From contig NC_083287.1 of assembly GCF_963506605.1 (NCBI RefSeq), forward strand, positions 46,686,001 through 46,750,000: a stretch of 64,000 nucleotides of DNA, given 5' to 3'. Each line of letters opens with the position of its first letter. Positions within the stretch are counted from its first letter, which is position 1. Below the pieces are notes generated by a model, which searched no databases, was not told the origin of the DNA, and saw only the letters and a program-made list of their open reading frames with translations. Made by a program: the position numbers and the translations under genes. This DNA is from Zootoca vivipara (taxonomy: Eukaryota). Below, piece by piece: positions 41,706 to 54,694 of the stretch.

Positions 41706-42178
41706 GTTGTTGTTGTTTAGTCATGTCCGACTCTTCGTGACCCCATGGACCACAGCACACCAGGCACTCCTGTCTTCCACTGCCTCCCGCAGTTTGGTCA
41801 AACTCATGTTGGTAGCTTCGAGAACACTGTCCAACCATCTCATCCTCTGTCGTCCCCTTCTCCTTGTGCCCTCCATCTTTCCCAACATCAGGGTCTATTC
41901 CAGGGAGTCTTCTCTTCTCATGAGGTGGCCAAAGTATTGGCGCTGATTTGATGCTTTTGAATTATGGTGCTGGAGGAGACTCTTGAGCAGGCATCCCCCA
42001 ACTTTGGCCCTCCAGATGTTTTGGACTACAATTCCCATCATCCTCTTAGCTAGGGATCATGGGAGTTGTAGGCCAAAACATCTGGAGGGCCGCAGTTTGG
42101 GGATGCCTGCTCTTGAGAGTCCCATGGACTGCAAGAAGATCAAACCTATCCATTCTGAAGGAAATCAGCCCTGAGTGC
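41706..42178 (-). mobile_element. 5'-inverted BovB LINE insertion containing a nested hAT MITE
   Basis: 41706-41940 is a minus-strand BovB 3' end. About 41941-42178 is the upstream BovB segment in plus orientation. 11-bp TSD tgccttctgtt (41695-41705, 42176-42186). Confidence 0.9.
41988..42109. mobile_element. hAT MITE nested in BovB
   Basis: caggcatccc...gggatgcctg with perfect TSD ctcttgag (41980-41987, 42110-42117). Confidence 0.95.
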
Positions 42179-43696
42179 CTTCTGTTATATTTGAGAGTTT
42201 ATACACACACACACACACACAGTCCAGCACACAGTGGGACTTCACTATTTTTATGACACACAAAGACTCGCAGACATATTGAGCAGATGATGAAGAAAAT
42301 AACCAAGGATCTGTCCCCTAATACTGATACAAAACTCCAAGGAGCCCTCAAAACCAACACAGTGTAACACAGTGCAGCAGTATTTATGGACAGCATTTAA
42401 AATATTTTACAGAAATCCCATTTTATGGTAATGTTGCTTAATAATTAATTTTGTTAATCTTAGGCTTCGACTTCAATTTCATTCAGGTCTGCTTCAAAGT
42501 GGCAACTTCTGTTATTTAAAGGAGCATTAGAGTGGGTTGAGGCACGGAACATTTTTAATGAACTTACTATAATTGAATGCACAAACTCAAATAACGCAAT
42601 CTGAGGAAAAATAAGGAACACTGCAATTACTGAAGCAATCATAAACAGGGCTTGATAGACGAAAATACAATTTCTAGCTTTACAAAGGCACTGTGAATTA
42701 CTAGAGGTGGGAGCAAAGATCCATCTTAAGAGTGTGGGGGGGGGGGTACTACGCAAAGAGTAGAAACTTTTTGATTTTCTGAGGCTGAAAAGGAATGAGA
42801 ACACCACCACAGCAATTTGGGGTGGTTTCCAGAAAAAGCTTGAATTATGGGAGGAAAGGAAGAGAGACCTTAATGAAAGCCCTGGAATGCCTTTATTTTT
42901 TCCCACCAAATCATACCAACAGTTCCACAGCCTTCTAAAAAGATTAGTTAAATGGGAAAATGGTCTAGGCCCCCTGTAACTCTCCTGTAATTCAAACACT
43001 GATTTTAACCCAAGATTTAGCGATCTAGTCTAGCGGCTAGATTCTAGCAGAAGTTAACTGTTAGACAATATGAGAATAAAAAAATAAAAGCATGTATCCA
43101 ATAACTAAGACTTTTATTAGCTACTTCATGATCCTAAAGCAGTATAATTCTTCACCCTCGGAAACTCATGGCACAAGCACTTTATTAGTCGATAGCAACC
43201 TCGTGCCAGCATTCCTTGGGAATTCTAATAAATAAATAAAAATCACTGCAGTTTTGGAACCAGCAGTAAAAAGCAGGATAGATATAGATTGCAGCTCACA
43301 TCATATGTGCACCACTTCCCAAACCAATGGTGGGAGCACACTGGATGCAGCTGATGTGCGGGCAAGCAGCTAGTGCTGCTGTGCTACCCCGAACATCAGC
43401 TGTTCGGCGGGGAAGTTGAGCAGCTCAACAAAGCCTCCCTGCCCCTCCAAATTGCAAGGAAACCCGGGTCTCTGGGGTGAGTGTCCTCCAGGGCCAGGAA
43501 GACTCTCCAGGGTGCTCCCCGTTTTACACAATTTTGCGTAAATGAGGAGTCACCTGCACACCTCTCAATACCAGTTGCTGGTGAACAACAGTGAGAGAGG
43601 GTGATTGTGCTCATGCCCTGCTTGCGGGCATCCCACAGGCTGTGAGAAACAGGAGCTGAACTATACGAGCTTTTGGTATGATCCCATATGATTCTT

Positions 43697-44277
43697 GTTT
43701 ATCTATTTTATTTCATTTATATCCCACCTTTCTTCCAATGAGCTCAAAATGGTGTACATGGTTCTCCCTTCCCTCCTAACAACCCTGGAGGTAGGTTAGG
43801 CTGAGAGGCATACCTGCCAAATCTCCCACTGAAAATGTGTGATCAGCAGCAGCGCAGCAGCGGAAGTTGCGTAGAAGCAACTTCCGGGGCTGCTCTTCCC
43901 ATGTGTGGGCACCGGAAATGGGGCAGAGCGGCACCGGAAGTTGCTTCTACGCATGCCCGTTGGTCATCTTGGTGGTGGCTGCCGGGCATGCGTAGAAGCG
44001 ACTTCCGGTGCCACTCTGCCCCATTTCCGGTGCCCACACATGGGAAGAGCGGCACCCAAAATGGAGGCTCCCTGGCAGGTAGGAAATCCGGGGGTTTTCT
44101 GGGATTTTTCTCCATTCGGGAGAACAGCGGGAAACGGATTAAAATCCGGGGGTTTCCCACGAAAAACGGGATACTTGGCAGCTAAGCTGAGAGGCGGTGA
44201 CTAGGCCCAAGGTCACCAAATGAGTTTCATGGCAGAGTGGTGTCCCAACCAGACACTCTTAACCACAACAGCACACC
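43697..44277 (-). mobile_element. Squam3/MIR-like SINE split by a DNA transposon
   Basis: tttatatcccaccttt...ggtaggttaggctgagagg | cggtgactaggcccaaggtcacc...cttaaccacaacagcacac. Confidence 0.8.
43809..44186. mobile_element. CpG-rich non-autonomous DNA transposon (CATA[C/G]CTGCCAA termini)
   Basis: TIR catacctgccaaat / acttggcagctaag, perfect 8-bp TSD ctgagagg (43801-43808, 44187-44194), and a long internal inverted repeat. Confidence 0.9.
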
Positions 44278-45409
44278 GACTGTCTTATGTTCTTATAATG
44301 ATGATACCTCGTTAACTAGGTCTGCAGTTACACAAGCACTAATTCAATCCCTGATTTGCCACCTCCACCACTTTCCTCCACCTCTATTTGCCAAGCTTCG
44401 AAACTGCATTAAAACCAGAACAAAGATTGCTTTGCTTAAATCCTTTCAACACTGCTGAGTGATAAATCTTCACACATAGAGTCCTCTAAAGGAAATGGTA
44501 AGAGACTATGCTATAATGGTACTGATGGATTTTAATACCTCATTTCCTTGCTTCTTCCACCTTAAGAGATTCTTTTCTCTCCCTTCAAGTATGATATAAT
44601 TGAAATGGAAGAAAAATTCCCATCTAATTGTGCAGATGCTCTGTTAATCACTTATTTCAATTCAATTAGTTTCAACAGGATAAGAATGTAATCTGACAGT
44701 CTAGGGAGCAATAGACATTTTGGGGTATAGCAAATTCCGCAATAGCATCTTGCTCTGTTCCCCCCACTCCCAAATCAACCAAATGAAGCTAATATGTTTG
44801 CTTAGCAATGTTTTTAAAAAAAGAAAAGAAAAAGAATAACAGGATGGCTTTTAATAAATGTAGTAGATTTAAGGATGAAAATAAAATCCCCATTATGGTG
44901 CTTCATAAATATTAGCAAGTTTTATTAAAAGCAAATACAGGTGCATTTGTGCAAATATAAGTGGTTCTCTCATCAAGGTATGTGGAATTTGCTTAGCGAT
45001 GGAGCTTGATCGGCAATATCTGTGCTGGTAACACCCAAGTACACCCACACTAACCATAACAACCCCAATATATCTTGCCAGTTGACACAAAACAAGAAAT
45101 GACTCGAAAACCTGAATCCTTTCCTTTTGCACATCTCTCCTCCTTCTATCACTTTCCCACAACCCAAATCATCCCCAAGGTGTTAAAAGATGTATGGAGA
45201 TGATCAAGTAATCTCAAAGGGCACAGTCCTAGCCCTGGCTGTTGACTGTCATATGCTCAAATCCTGTACCCATGTCTAGGGCTGTGTACCAGCTGGAAAC
45301 ACGGCTAAGCCATTCGTTTTCTCAATTTCAATCAAAGCTGGTTTGGAGGGGAAACTGCATCAAGGGCAAATGCAGGATAGATGTGGATTTCAGCTCACAT
45401 TATGCATAT

Positions 45410-45742
45410 TGTTGTTGTTGTTTAGTCGTTTAGTCGTGTCCGACTCTTCGTGACCCCATGGACCATAGCACGCCAGGCACTCCTGTCTTCCACTGCCTCC
45501 CGCAGTTTGGTCAAACTCATGTTCGTAGCTTCGAGAACAGTGTCCAACCATCTCGTCCTCTGTCGTCCCCTTCTCCTTGTGCCCTCCATCTTTCCCAACA
45601 TCAGGGTCTTTTCCAGGGAGTCTTCTCTTCTCATGAGGTGGCCAAAGTATTGGAGCCTCAGCTTCAGTATCTGTCCTTCCAGTGAGCACTCAGGGCTGAT
45701 TTCCTTCAGAATGGATAGGTTTGATCTTCTTGCAGTCCATGG
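45410..45742 (-). mobile_element. 5'-truncated BovB LINE
   Basis: BovB RT C-terminus (ORF 45422-45634); 13-bp TSD acattatgcatat (45397-45409, 45743-45755). Confidence 0.95.
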
Positions 45743-46101
45743 ACATTATGCATATACCACTTCCCAAACCAGCAGTGGGAACACAATGGATGCAGAGTAC
45801 ACAGGAACTTCCTTAACGGCCTAGGTGTTAAGGAAAAGGAGACCTGGCTCATCTATTGCTTATATGCTTCTAGACCCAATTCAAGGTGTTGGCAATGGTT
45901 TGGGGGCAAACTACCCAGGTTGCACCTGCACCGACACGAAACTGCCAGAGATTTGAGGTCGGTTACAGAGACCCTGCTCACCGGGGTCAAAGGCCCACCA
46001 GGAAAGGTTAGACTGGCTGGTACAGTCACAGCCAGTGTGGTGAGGCAGATGCTCTCACATTAAATCCCATTTTAGGGGGGGAAAACACTAAGCAGCCTTA
46101 G

Positions 46102-46434
46102 TGAAATATACTCTGAGTCGAGAGTGAATTTCATGCTCTTTATTCAGCTCGTAGTCATCAAGGAGAAGAAGAGAAGAATACCCTTTCCCCAAAACCATCT
46201 GCTTATATACATTATTTACACAATGGGCTTTGCATGATTGGCTACTTCAGGGCTACACCTGTGGGCCAATCAGTTTGTGGATTGACTTCTGCCAGCAGCC
46301 TGATTGGTTGCTCCTGCAGGCCAATCAGGTTGCGGATTCACTTCCACCTGGAGTTGGATTGGGTGGCTCCTGCGGACCAATCAGACTGCTGATTCTGGAT
46401 CCTATTGTTCTATGATTCAGCTCAGTACATAACA
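46102..46434 (-). mobile_element. Solo LTR (333 bp)
   Basis: TG...CA ends and 5-bp TSD cttag (46097-46101, 46435-46439). Read on the minus strand it shows CCAAT boxes, then TATATAA (about 46203-46209), then AATAAA (46139-46144), in LTR order. Confidence 0.88.
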
Positions 46435-48028
46435 CTTAGGTAAGCCACTGTTTCAGTCTCAGCCCGCTCCCAAACAATTAATATGGAAATATTAATACTG
46501 ATCTACCTTGTAGGGTTCATCTAAGTATTGCTGAGCCATAGAATGCTGGACCATTATTTCTTATTTTTTGCACCGTTCCTGGCTATTTAGCGCTATATGC
46601 ATGAGCTGCAACAAGTCTCAGCAAGGTTAAACTCTGGCTGGTTTCTCCAGCATCATGTTTGAAGCTGGCTTGTTCTGGAGCTGACCAGGGTTTGTTACAA
46701 ACCATGGTCCCCGGTTCATGCTCCGTTGCTCCCAGATCTTGTGAAAGTGAAACTAAAATCTGCCACACGGACATGGAAGCTTGAGTCTCACTTGGGCTCA
46801 TTCCAGCTCTCACGCACAGCCTTAAGCCATGGTTTTTAACACACAGAAACGAAGCAGCTGAAACTTTTACAGCAGGGCTGGCTAACCTCTGACTGTCCAT
46901 ATGTTATTGGACTCCCATCAGCCTCAACCAGCCAGGACTGGTGGAAAAACTACACCTATTTAATTTGTGTGTGTCAAGACAGCTGTTAGGTGGTAGGCTC
47001 ATAACTGTGCTGCTCACCTAATTATGCATGTATAAGCCCCATATACAAATAAGCAGACGATTCCAAGGAGGTATGCTTATGATTGCCACCATAATAAGTT
47101 AACCCAAATCCCTGAACTTGCACACCCAACTTGGGTCTGTTTTATGCCTAAGGATTTCTCCCTCTATGCCTTCAAAAATTGCAAGACATTTTACAGCTCT
47201 GGCTTTCATTGTAGTGAGAGAGATCTTCCAAGGAGCAATCCCAAGAGGTAGAGGCAATGAAGCCTGGAGAATTGATTATCCCAGAGTTTATTCCCCTTTT
47301 GATCCCTTTTATTGGGAGAGGATCTCTCTTCCTGCCACCTGACAGGACCCCCGCATACCCATGCCTTTCTCCCCCACCCCTGACACACACATATTTCTGC
47401 TTGCAAAACTAGGAAGTAAGCTGGGTTGCTAAGGGCCAAGCCATTTCTATTTCCTCCAAAGAGGGCAAAAATAGCTTACCAGAATCCAGAAAATCTCCCA
47501 CAAGGATGCTACACACTTTAAGGCTGCTGCTGCTGCTTCTCTCCCCCTCTTTCTTTCCTGAGATCCAATCATTGGCAGGATAAATCCTAAAGCTAGTTTC
47601 ACTCCCGGTTTTTCCTCTCTCAAATTGTCAACACCTTTCTTATCAGCGGCATAGGTTAATTTCCCAGCTCTCTCTGCCTACCTCACGTTGCTTAAGGGTC
47701 TCCTTCCTGCCTTGCGGTTAAAACTGTTTTAGAAACACCATTGAAGTTCATCTTTCTGATCAATGATCAGCAGCCTTTAAAAGCTTTTCTCAGTAGGCTT
47801 AGTTGCAGCATAACCCTTCTCTCCACCCCCACCCCCACCCATCACAAATCAGGTGCTCACAAAGCTGTTCTCGAAAATGCCATGGACTGATTCAAACCAG
47901 CACGTTGCAGAAACATGGGGTTGCCTTTGCTGCAGCTGCTCAGAGACTGGATAGCACCAATTGGAGCAGGGAAGTCCCCCAAAGCTGGTAGGCGCTGATC
48001 AAATTAGTCAAGCGAGGACTGAATACAT

Positions 48029-48377
48029 AGGTAAAGGTAAAGGGACCCCTGACCATTAGGTCCAGTCGTGACCGACTCTGGGGTTGCGGCGCTCATCTCG
48101 CGTTATTGGCCGAGGGAGCCGGCGTACAGCTTCCAGGTCATGTGGCCAGCATGACAAAGCCGCTTCTGGCGAACCAGAGCAGCACACGGAAACGCAGTTT
48201 ACCTTCCCGCTGTAGTGGTACATCTACTTGCACTTTGATGTGCTTTCGAACTGCTAGGTTGGCAGGAGCTGGGACCGAGCAACGGGAGCTCACCCTGTCA
48301 CAGGGATTCGAACCGCCGACCTTTTGATCGGCAAGCCCTAGGCTCTGTGGTTTAACCCACAGCGCCACCCGCGTCCC
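48029..48377 (-). mobile_element. Sauria SINE (Squam1), full length
   Basis: Minus strand starts gggacgcgggtggcgctgtgggttaaacc, has B-box ggttcgaatccc, and ends (ACCTTT)n. Confidence 0.95.
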
Positions 48378-49589
48378 ATTACTCAGCCTCAAATGGTGGA
48401 TTTAGACAGGGGGAACCTTCTCTGCTGCTTACAGGCACAATTCCCCATCCCCAAAGGAGGAAGGATGTGAAAGACTGTTTGGGCATGTGCATGACCCCCT
48501 TAGCTCGTGGGCAACTCAGTGTGTTGCCCTCCTGGTGACCTGGATAGACTACAGCTCCCGTGATCCCTGGTTGGGGCTGATGTGAGTTGGAGCCAACAAC
48601 TTCTGGAAGGCATCCCGTTGGCTATCCCTGCCCTAGCTAGATCCAGGCATTTGCCTAATGTAGTTATCCTTCAAATTGTCATATACTGTATATTTAAAAT
48701 GAATGAAGAAGGGCCTGCATCAAAAGGTGGGTTGTTCCTTGAACACTGGCCAGAGCAGTCCTGCCAGCCCCAGAACTTCAAATCAAGTTGTGGATATTTT
48801 TGTATACAGTATTTTTGGTATGGGTTGGAAAGAGAGCAACAGAAAGGGCGTTTAGAGGGTGCTCCCCACTTTAGGCGACTTCACCTATGCACGTGGATGT
48901 AACCCATAAGTGGGTGGGGAGTTGCCTGCACTTGGGCATATTCCGTCCGTCCCATCTTTTAAGAAAATCCCAGCAACACAAGGGGGGGGGGGGTCTGGTC
49001 ATTATGTGCTGCACTATAATGTATCTCAGAACAATTAACTTGGTTCAACCTCAGATTGCCCTTGTATGCTGTTATATCCTTGTGCCAAAGTCAGAATCCT
49101 TAATCCTGTTCTACGAGCTGTGCCTATGCAATGGATCCTAGTTCTGAGCCATAAGACTTCTGTACTTCTTCCTGTTTGTAGCTATTAGGAATAAATCCGA
49201 AGAGCAGACCTACTCAGTGCACTCTTTCCAAATGAATAACACGGATTATTATCATCAGCAGGCTTTCTGGCATCAGGTGGATTGAGAGTGCATTCACTGA
49301 GAAATCTGGTAAGCTCAGCTGCCTCTGTGTGCGCCTGCTTTTGAACTATATTTAACTCTTGCTCAGCATTCTGTTCACACTCCTGTAAAATGTTGCTCCC
49401 TGGAATCGCAGCGGATGAGGATAGCGCTTCGATTCTCATTTAATTAAGTGCTCCGCGTCTTAAGAGGGTGATACCGCTGATTAGTGTTCTCGTTCCAAAG
49501 CATTTCATGAAGGAGAAAAGAAGGTTACTTTCTGGTAAACAGAGTTCTCCGATTTCATAATCTCCGTCGGGACCTACTGCCCATCAATG

Positions 49590-49594
<5 letters not shown>

Positions 49595-49640
<46 letters not shown>
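49595..49640. repeat. (TA)n microsatellite
   Basis: Seen directly in the sequence. Confidence 0.97.
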
Positions 49641-49642
<2 letters not shown>

Positions 49643-52199
49643 AAGACAAAGAAGAAACAAGGCCACATCTTCGCCATACATTTAAAGCATCGTACCATTT
49701 TGTCATGGCTTCCCCACCAAGAATCCTGGGAACTGTTGTTGGTTAAAGGTGCACATCCCGCGCATAGCTTGGCAGGGATTAGGCACAATAAATTAAATAA
49801 CTAGCAATTAGTTGGCCTTTCAACGGACACCCCAAACTAGCTGCCGGAGCTAACCACATGAGAGTGAGGGCCAATGAGATGCAAGGGGGCAAAGGAGCCC
49901 AATCAGACATGGCTGAAAGTAGAATGCTAAATGCCTGACACAAGTGCCAGACCTCAGTGGCAACCGACTGATCAGCCAAGCAGATCCCTCAGCGCTTCAG
50001 CAATTGCTCCAAGCTGTCAATAGATGCTACAGTCTACTCCTATGCTGCATGGAAAGAGTGAGACTGTCATTGAAGGGGACCCCAGGGGTCTTGTAGTCCA
50101 ACCCCCTGCAATGCCAGAATCCTATGCCTGTTTCATTCCCTCTTGTTGCCTAAACAGAGAATTCGGCACTTGTCTCTCCGTTTTCCATTTCTGGCTGACT
50201 TGAGAAACCAATATGGTATCTTACCTCTCTACAACCCATGTGCTCAAACCCACAAATCGCATGCAATGGGTACAAAAGGAACAAACAAAAAATATTATTT
50301 AAAAGCTTCTCTACAAATCACTCAGCACTAACGCCAGGTAGGAAGGAGAGAGATGTGGGGCGGAGTCTGGGTCTCCCTCCCCACCCCCAAAGACGGGTGA
50401 CCAAGTGGGGTATTAGGGCCCAGCACACAGGAAAGACAGGAGGACGGGCCTTCCTCCATCCCTTCCAGGCTTCTAACTGCCCCCCACCCCTACTTGGTCC
50501 CAGCCAGTTTGTTTGCAGCAAGCACACACTGGCCAAAGGGCAGGCCCAGCAAAAGGCCAGGACTGACACCGGCCGAGAGCCCCAGGACGGCTCAGAAGGG
50601 CCCCTCGCCAGCCTGAGCCGGACACAAACCACACACCTTGGCAGAGTCGTGTTTATGACACTAGCAGGGGAGCACGGAAAGGCTGCTCATTTTCTTTCTG
50701 AACGAAACCGGCAGAGATTTCTTTCCTCCGGATCAACCTGGGAATTCCCATCTCCTTCCTTCATCCACCAACCTTTTCCTTGTCACATAAACAGAGATGT
50801 AAGCAGAGATAAAGAGGGGCTGGCGAGAGAGAGAACATCGCTGCAAAGAGACAACAGCAGTCAGGGAAGGTGTCTGTGTGTATTGGGGGGGGGGAGAGAA
50901 GCCTAGAGTGGAGTGGCAGACCTGCAAAGGGGGGGGGGTCCTCCAGTCAGAACAGCAGACAAGAGAAAGGAAATAATTTCAGTAAGGGCTGAAAGGGAAG
51001 AAGGTCTCTAAGATCAGACAAAGGAAAACAGGCAAGGTTGTTTGCCCCCATTGCTTAGTGGAGCCTTGAAATGCGCAGTGAATAAACCACTACAAAAAAT
51101 ATAGTTTTATAAAAGGGACTGAAAACCCGAGGCATCAACAAGAGGGAGGAAAGCAGCCATTTTGTGCCTTCTTTTGTTTCCTATGAAGAAGTTCTAAAAC
51201 GGGGAGGAAACCACATATATTTAACAAAATGTATATACCGCTTGATTGCTAATGGAAACGTCTAGGCAGTTTACAAAAAAATAAAGCATTAAAATGCTCC
51301 GAAAAAAAGGTTTAAAACCGGGGGGGGGGGGTTAATTTAAAAAAACAACCAGGATAAACTTAAAACCAACGGTTAAGTGAAAAACAGATAAAAACACAGG
51401 CTTCCCTGAACAAAAATTCTAAAGAGTACATGAAAGGAGTGACGTTGTAGGTGAAGAGAACAGGGAGGGGCTCTCAGACTTTTGCTCTTGCCTTCCCCTA
51501 AAGAAATCCCTGTCAGGCCAGAAAAAGGAACAGGGTTAGTTTGTGGGAGGCGCAAATTCCTCCCACAAAATCAAATCTTTCCTGCAATACGCTTTTGTGA
51601 CGATTTTCAGCCAAATGAGAGCAAAAGGATGCAAATTTTCTCTTAATAATTAATTCCAACCTTCTTCATTCATACAAAATATGCTATTTAGCAGAGGCCA
51701 TTCAAGAGCGCAAGTCTTTTGACACAATCCTCTTTTTATAATTTCTACTGAACTGCGTAGGGGGCGGCATTGTCAGATTGCAAAGCCATTGCAACTGAAG
51801 GGGGGGGAATGATCAAAAGTGTGGGTGGGGGAGACCCCTGGCATGACAAGCAAAACAACGACAAATTAGATGCAGTATCAGCAGCACATTAAAAAAAAAA
51901 ATTACAGAGCTGTTTTCCAGAGAGCGTGTTGGGGGAAAGGTGCAAGACACATTGCTGTACAAAAGGATTTTTTTATTTACATTTATGTAACATAAAGCAC
52001 CATGCATTTAAAGCACATGATTTCCCCCAAAGAATGCTGGGAGCTGTAGTTTGATAGAGGTACTGGGAATTGCAGCTCCGATTTGCAGATGCGACTCTGG
52101 AGCTCCTTGGATGATTAGCAGGGATTACTGAGTGGGAAGGTGGTTATTACTAGTTTATATTATATTAGTATATTCTATTATATTTATTATATTATATTC

Positions 52200-52560
52200 A
52201 TTAGTTCATTCGCCCTAAGCTCTGAATGCGAGTTGCAACAATTAAAACAATATTTAAAACAGTTTAAGACAACTTAAAGTTACAGAAATAAGTTGGGTCC
52301 TAAAAATGTGCGTCTTAAAGTTCCAAATGACAGGATAAAGATGAGTGTCTTCAGCATTCAACAAAAGCTGCATAATCTCTATGAGAAGGGAGTTCCACAA
52401 CTTGGGGGCTGCCACAGAGAAGGCCCTCTCCCAGGCTGCCACAAGCACACACCCCAAACTTCTTAGTACCCGAGAGAGATGGTGGCCTTTCAGGTATTTG
52501 GGGCTCTAAACACCAACACGAGAACTTTGAACTGGGCCTGGAAATGACCAATGATCAATG
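52200..52560 (-). mobile_element. Degenerate L2 LINE 3' part
   Basis: ORF 52254-52457 contains ERAFSVAAPKLWNSL, a typical L2 ORF2 C-terminus. Confidence 0.8.
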
Positions 52561-52816
52561 CAGCTGTGTTAAAATGTGGCATTGTATGAGATCTGAAGGG
52601 ATCTGGCTGCTGCATAATGGCCCACTGTTGGAATAGCGGGTGGACTTCCATAAAAGAGAACCACCAATACTAATCTTCTTGATTATTTAATTTCTGCACT
52701 GCTTAACATATTTAAAATGTCTGAACGCGGTGCACAAAAAACTAAGGCAACAACAGACAGCTTAAACAAAATGATACAAAAATAGTTACGTATAAAAGTG
52801 TTGCATTGATGCAAAG

Positions 52817-52817
<1 letters not shown>

Positions 52818-52860
<43 letters not shown>

Positions 52861-52885
52861 CTGACACAGAGAGAGAGAGAGAGAG
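52818..52885. repeat. (GT)n followed by short (GA)n
   Basis: Seen directly in the sequence. Confidence 0.95.
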
Positions 52886-53139
52886 TTTTCCTTTGACACA
52901 CCCTTCCTCTCAGCCTCCGGGTTCTCACTCAGGGTTCAAACTCTCAGCTCATCCACAAAAGTCTCACAATGACAAGAGGTCCTGCAAACAGTGGCCATCA
53001 GCCTGGTCTCACTTTGTCTCACTTTGGGCTTGCCTTCTATGGGCAGGACCAAGGTGGATGGCACTTACTCAGGCTGCCCACATTTCTGCCCCATTCATCT
53101 GCCCTGTCTACATCTAGTTCTAGGGTACAGGAGGTTTGT

Positions 53140-53249
53140 TTAATGTATTTTAAATCTTTGTTGGAAGCCGCCCAGAGTGGCTGGGGAAACCCAGCCAGAT
53201 GGGCGGGGTACAAATAATAAATTGTTGTTGTTGTTGTTGTTGTTGTTGC

Positions 53250-53280
<31 letters not shown>

Positions 53281-53281
53281 G
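53140..53281 (+). mobile_element. L2-type 3' end with (TTG)n tail
   Basis: ggaagccgcccagagtggctggggaaacccagccagatgggcggggtacaaataataaa followed by (TTG)n. Confidence 0.75.
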
Positions 53282-53809
53282 CGTTTCCCGGTGTTTCAAA
53301 ACATGAGGAAAGGGCTCCCCCTCCAGTCACAGCAATTTCTTTGCCCTCTGCAGGTAAGTAAATTTAAAGGGGGTTCTCAGATGCTAGAAAGTTTAAAAAT
53401 CATCAGCCCCTAGTATAAAGTAAGTAGTTTAAGCCATAGTCACCCACCATCATTGCACTATATTTCTGGTCTGCTGGGGAAAAAACCTGGCTCTAATGTG
53501 GTTCTTCCTTGTCTTTTGTATCCTCCAAAGAAGATTTCCCACAGAGGATGCCAATGTGTGCCTTTAAAGCAACTATTGTTAAAAAAATATCCCCTCTAAT
53601 ACTAACAACATGTTTACTTCTTTGTAATCTCATCAACTGTGACATTGTGTAATTGCAGTTTGCTCAAAAGCTTCATCTACCCACTCATTCTTGGAATGAA
53701 AAACAACTGAAGAAGAAGCCTCAAAACCAAGGATCTCAACCATGGAGCTGAGAATGGTATTGGAACCAATTGGGGGCAGCGGCAGGTGTTTAACAAAGAG
53801 TTATTACAA

Positions 53810-54265
53810 GCAGAAACATTCGTTCCGGTTCACATTTTAATGTGAACTCACCTAATTCACGCTTCCCAAACGGGTGGTTCTCTAGCCAACGCAGGCATGC
53901 AAACACGCATATATTAGGGGAAAGTGCACAGGGGAAAAAATGAGTATATCTGTAAACTTAACATGCAAAGGTACAGTATATTAGGGGAAATGGTTTGCAA
54001 AACTGCATATATCAGGGGAGATGGGTACCAAAATAAGTGTATGTGCCTGAAAATGAAGACGAATTTTCACACAGAGCATTCTTATTTTATTTTATTTTCC
54101 TGTTGCAACAGAGTCCCCCCGCACACCTTGCAAGGAGGTGAGAAGGGCACATAGAGCATTTTTAAATAAATTAATCACAAACTTATGAGGAAATGGGGTG
54201 AACCTGAACTCAAGTTTGGGAAAATGAAAAACTAAGAGCAAATTCCAATCAACAGATTCTTCCAT
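53810..54265 (+). mobile_element. Old non-autonomous hAT-like element (family of 19742-20130)
   Basis: Shared gttcacatttt..., tatattagggga and gggaaaatgaaaaact blocks. Confidence 0.65.
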
Positions 54266-54535
54266 TTGTAGTGCCAAGAATAGTCACTCATCTCAGAGCA
54301 CCGCCTTAGATCATGGGATGTTTACAATGACAGTGACATGTTCCCATACTTCCAATAATGTTTTACTTTATTGTCTTGACAATTTATTCAGTAGCTCAGC
54401 TCTGTGTAGAAGTCTGACCAAGAAAGAAGTCTCAGGATAGGATTACACAGAAGAAATCCTCCGACTGTAAAACATATCAGGACACATACAGGTTTAACCT
54501 GCATATGTGATGATCTTTCAGGAAAGAAAAAGATT

Positions 54536-54536
<1 letters not shown>

Positions 54537-54569
<33 letters not shown>
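54537..54569. repeat. (GT)n microsatellite
   Basis: Seen directly in the sequence. Confidence 0.95.
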
Positions 54570-54570
<1 letters not shown>

Positions 54571-54694
54571 CTTGGCTGGCAAAGGGCAGTTAAGAGGTAA
54601 ATGAACACGAAGTAGTTTAGCCTTACCACCCTGAACACACCTGATCTTTTCTAAACTAGGAAAATAAATTTGTTTGTGGGTGGAAGGCCCAATA

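Noticed and set aside
21691-45742. All four BovB 3' ends lie on the minus strand
   Set aside because: Four of four in the same orientation has a 1-in-8 chance probability, which is not significant.
50238-50906. 222-aa ORF
   Set aside because: No recognisable homology or clear exon structure; probably chance in moderately GC-rich DNA.
53177-53413. Poly-Leu / poly-Thr ORFs
   Set aside because: Translations of the (TTG)n tail of an L2-type element.
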